Positions 62,288 through 64,000 of a stretch of 64,000 bases of DNA are shown here, piece by piece. The DNA lies in NCBI GenBank assembly GCA_963575745.1, contig CAUYUJ010000123.1:1-64000 (forward strand), given 5' to 3'. The notes beneath the pieces are model-generated. The model was not told the origin of the DNA. It was given only the letters and a program-made list of their open reading frames with translations, and ran no database searches. Numbering within the stretch: position 1 is the first letter of the stretch; every line of letters begins with the position of its first letter. Source of the DNA: Prorocentrum cordatum (taxonomy: Eukaryota). Made by a program: the position numbers and the translations under genes.

Positions 62288-64000
62288 GAAAACGGGCTAT
62301 GCCTGACTCTCCAGAGTCTACCCGCTGACCCTTGTGGGCCTGGCTGATGTCTTCTCCTGGAAATGCGGGCACTGGACCGAACGCCTCTTCGAGGGCTGCA
62401 GCTGCGGCGGCGGCTGAGGTGTGCTGGCGCGTCATGATGTCGATGCCCTCATACTGCCTCTCGATGCTGGCCCCTGCCGCCTCCGCGTTCTGCTGGGACG
62501 CAGGGGGAGGGGTCAATACGAAGCTGTCGGCTCCCTCTCCACCACCGTGGCCGCGCTGCTCCTCATGCCCGAATGGAACTGTGGGCGTGAGTGACATCTC
62601 GCTGAGTGGCGCTGGCGATGCTGGAATGAGGATTACCTGAGATGCTGTCGGGGTGGGAGGGTCTCCTTGCACTGCTGGTATCGAGCTAGCCCTTGACGTG
62701 GATGCCAGGTCTGTGTCTGCCTCGTGCTGCGTGATCCCCCTCATCTCATCACCCTCATCGGGCGTGGGGTGATCCTGGCTCCAGGGCGGCCACCTGGCGG
62801 GGTAGATCATCGGCGCGTGCTCCGAGCCGTCGTCCTCCGCTCGTGAGTCCTGCGTGCCCGCTGTGCCGAACTGGGTCAGGGGGGCCTCCTCGTAGTAGCG
62901 CCTTTGGATCTCCTTCGCCTCGTGGTCCCTCACTACGGACTCCAGCTCCTCCTCCATCTGCACGGCTTCCCATTGTGCTTTCTCCTCAGCAGCTTGCCTG
63001 TGCAACTCATCTTGTTCGCGCTCGTATCTTTCTGCCTCCTCGTGCGGGTCTGGCCTGTCGGGGCTCCTGGACCTGTCGCGCTCTGTGAGGAGGGCCTCGC
63101 CTTCGTCGGTCTGGCGGGTTGCTGACCTGGCTGACTTTGATGCGGGCCTCCGAGGGGAGGGGCTGCTCTGCCTGCGGCCCCTGTTGGCTGGGCGCTCTTC
63201 AGCTGCGCCAATTTGGAAGGTCGCAACGGGGGGCTCGACTGTGGCGGCCGCTGCCTCGGCTGCTCCTCTGGCTTCCTCGTACAGGTCGGCGGCCTCCTGG
63301 TAGTCGTCCATGGACTCTTGGGACGTTGGGAGGTGGCCCCCTTGGACGAGATGATGAGCTGCCCTCTTGGTGAAGTCGTAGCCCTCCTGTCCGTATTGCC
63401 TCATCTCGGCGTACAGGTTGACCATGGCCTTGCGTTCGCGTTCCCTGCTGGCTGCGATGGCTTCCAGGCTCTGCATCCTCAGCTTTAGCTCCTCTGTCTC
63501 CGACGCGCCCTGCTGCTCCTTCTTTGCGATGGCGTCTAGCTCGGTGTGCAGCGTGCTGGAGCGCTGGAGGCTTTCTTGCAGCGCAAGGTGGATAGCCTCC
63601 TCCCTGCCCGTCCTCTGCTGGCTGGCGAAGTCTTCCATGGCGGAGGCCTCCTCCATGCTGGCGATCCTGAAGGTGAGGGCCTGGGCGAGCTCCTCCTCGA
63701 GCGCCTGCTCCTGCACCTCTGCGTTGGACTTTTGCTCGCTCAGCTGCACCGCGTAGCTGCTCAGTTCCTGTCGCAGGCTCTCTGTGTGCAGCTGCAAGTC
63801 ATGTGCGCTCGCCTCTTCTATCATGACTTGGCGGGTGAGACTCGCCCTTATTCCCTCAACGCTGCCTTCGAGCTCTGCCCGCATTGCCTCCTTGTCCTTC
63901 AGGCTGGCCTTCGCGATCTCCTCCTCCTCTGCTCTGGTCCTTAGCAGGGCGAACTGCAAAGCCTGCACCTCATGCGGGACTTGCCGCTCCTTGTTGGCGC
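62157..64000 (-). CDS. LINE ORF1-like coiled-coil and acidic disordered protein; frame open to the window edge (5'-partial)
   Basis: More than 603 aa with E/Q/A/L-rich heptads. No stop between 63968 and 64000. Lies directly upstream of ORF2. Confidence 0.7.
   Translation of the reverse strand, partial: ANKERQVPHEVQALQFALLRTRAEEEEIAKASLKDKEAMRAELEGSVEGIRASLTRQVMIEEASAHDLQLHTESLRQELSSYAVQLSEQKSNAEVQEQALEEELAQALTFRIASMEEASAMEDFASQQRTGREEAIHLALQESLQRSSTLHTELDAIAKKEQQGASETEELKLRMQSLEAIAASRERERKAMVNLYAEMRQYGQEGYDFTKRAAHHLVQGGHLPTSQESMDDYQEAADLYEEARGAAEAAAATVEPPVATFQIGAAEERPANRGRRQSSPSPRRPASKSARSATRQTDEGEALLTERDRSRSPDRPDPHEEAERYEREQDELHRQAAEEKAQWEAVQMEEELESVVRDHEAKEIQRRYYEEAPLTQFGTAGTQDSRAEDDGSEHAPMIYPARWPPWSQDHPTPDEGDEMRGITQHEADTDLASTSRASSIPAVQGDPPTPTASQVILIPASPAPLSEMSLTPTVPFGHEEQRGHGGGEGADSFVLTPPPASQQNAEAAGASIERQYEGIDIMTRQHTSAAAAAAALEEAFGPVPAFPGEDISQAHKGQRVDSGESGIARFRGRVARRRDETRGTATPSPPATPGAEVQAAAAPAESPRGGEGA

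Larger units (their letters stand above)
54100..64000 (-). mobile_element. Non-LTR (LINE-like) retrotransposon carrying a C5 cytosine methyltransferase; 5' end outside the window, 3' boundary approximate
   Basis: ORF1 plus an ORF2 with APE and RT motifs. No repeat insertions over about 10 kb. No poly(A) tail found. Confidence 0.88.

Noticed and set aside
55046..63944. Many + strand ORFs over the LINE
   Set aside because: They are antisense shadows of a GC-rich coding frame.

Overview
Eukaryotic, GC-rich, repeat-dominated DNA, most likely from a dinoflagellate: a near-perfect DinoSL spliced leader plus a relic copy lies on the - strand at 41955-41990. No intact host gene is recognisable. The right end holds a large, apparently intact non-LTR (LINE-like) retrotransposon on the - strand. 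It has a coiled-coil ORF1 and a 2476-aa ORF2 ordered RNase H, APE endonuclease, reverse transcriptase, two zinc fingers, and a C5 cytosine DNA methyltransferase, followed by a 3' region with duplicated, covarying hairpins. The left end (1-7160, - strand) looks like the 5' half of a second LINE-like element. Its second ORF carries a Tpt1/KptA- or PARP-like ADP-ribosyltransferase-fold domain in a frame that runs off the window edge and is absent from the ORF track. Between them lie a Pif1/Helitron-type helicase fragment, a decayed SL-bearing retrocopy, several minisatellites, very long microsatellites and many short TIR elements with 2-, 3-, 4- and 5-bp target-site duplications. One family has 7 co-oriented copies and one insertion looks like an Introner. 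All domain calls are by-eye motif recognition; no searches were run.
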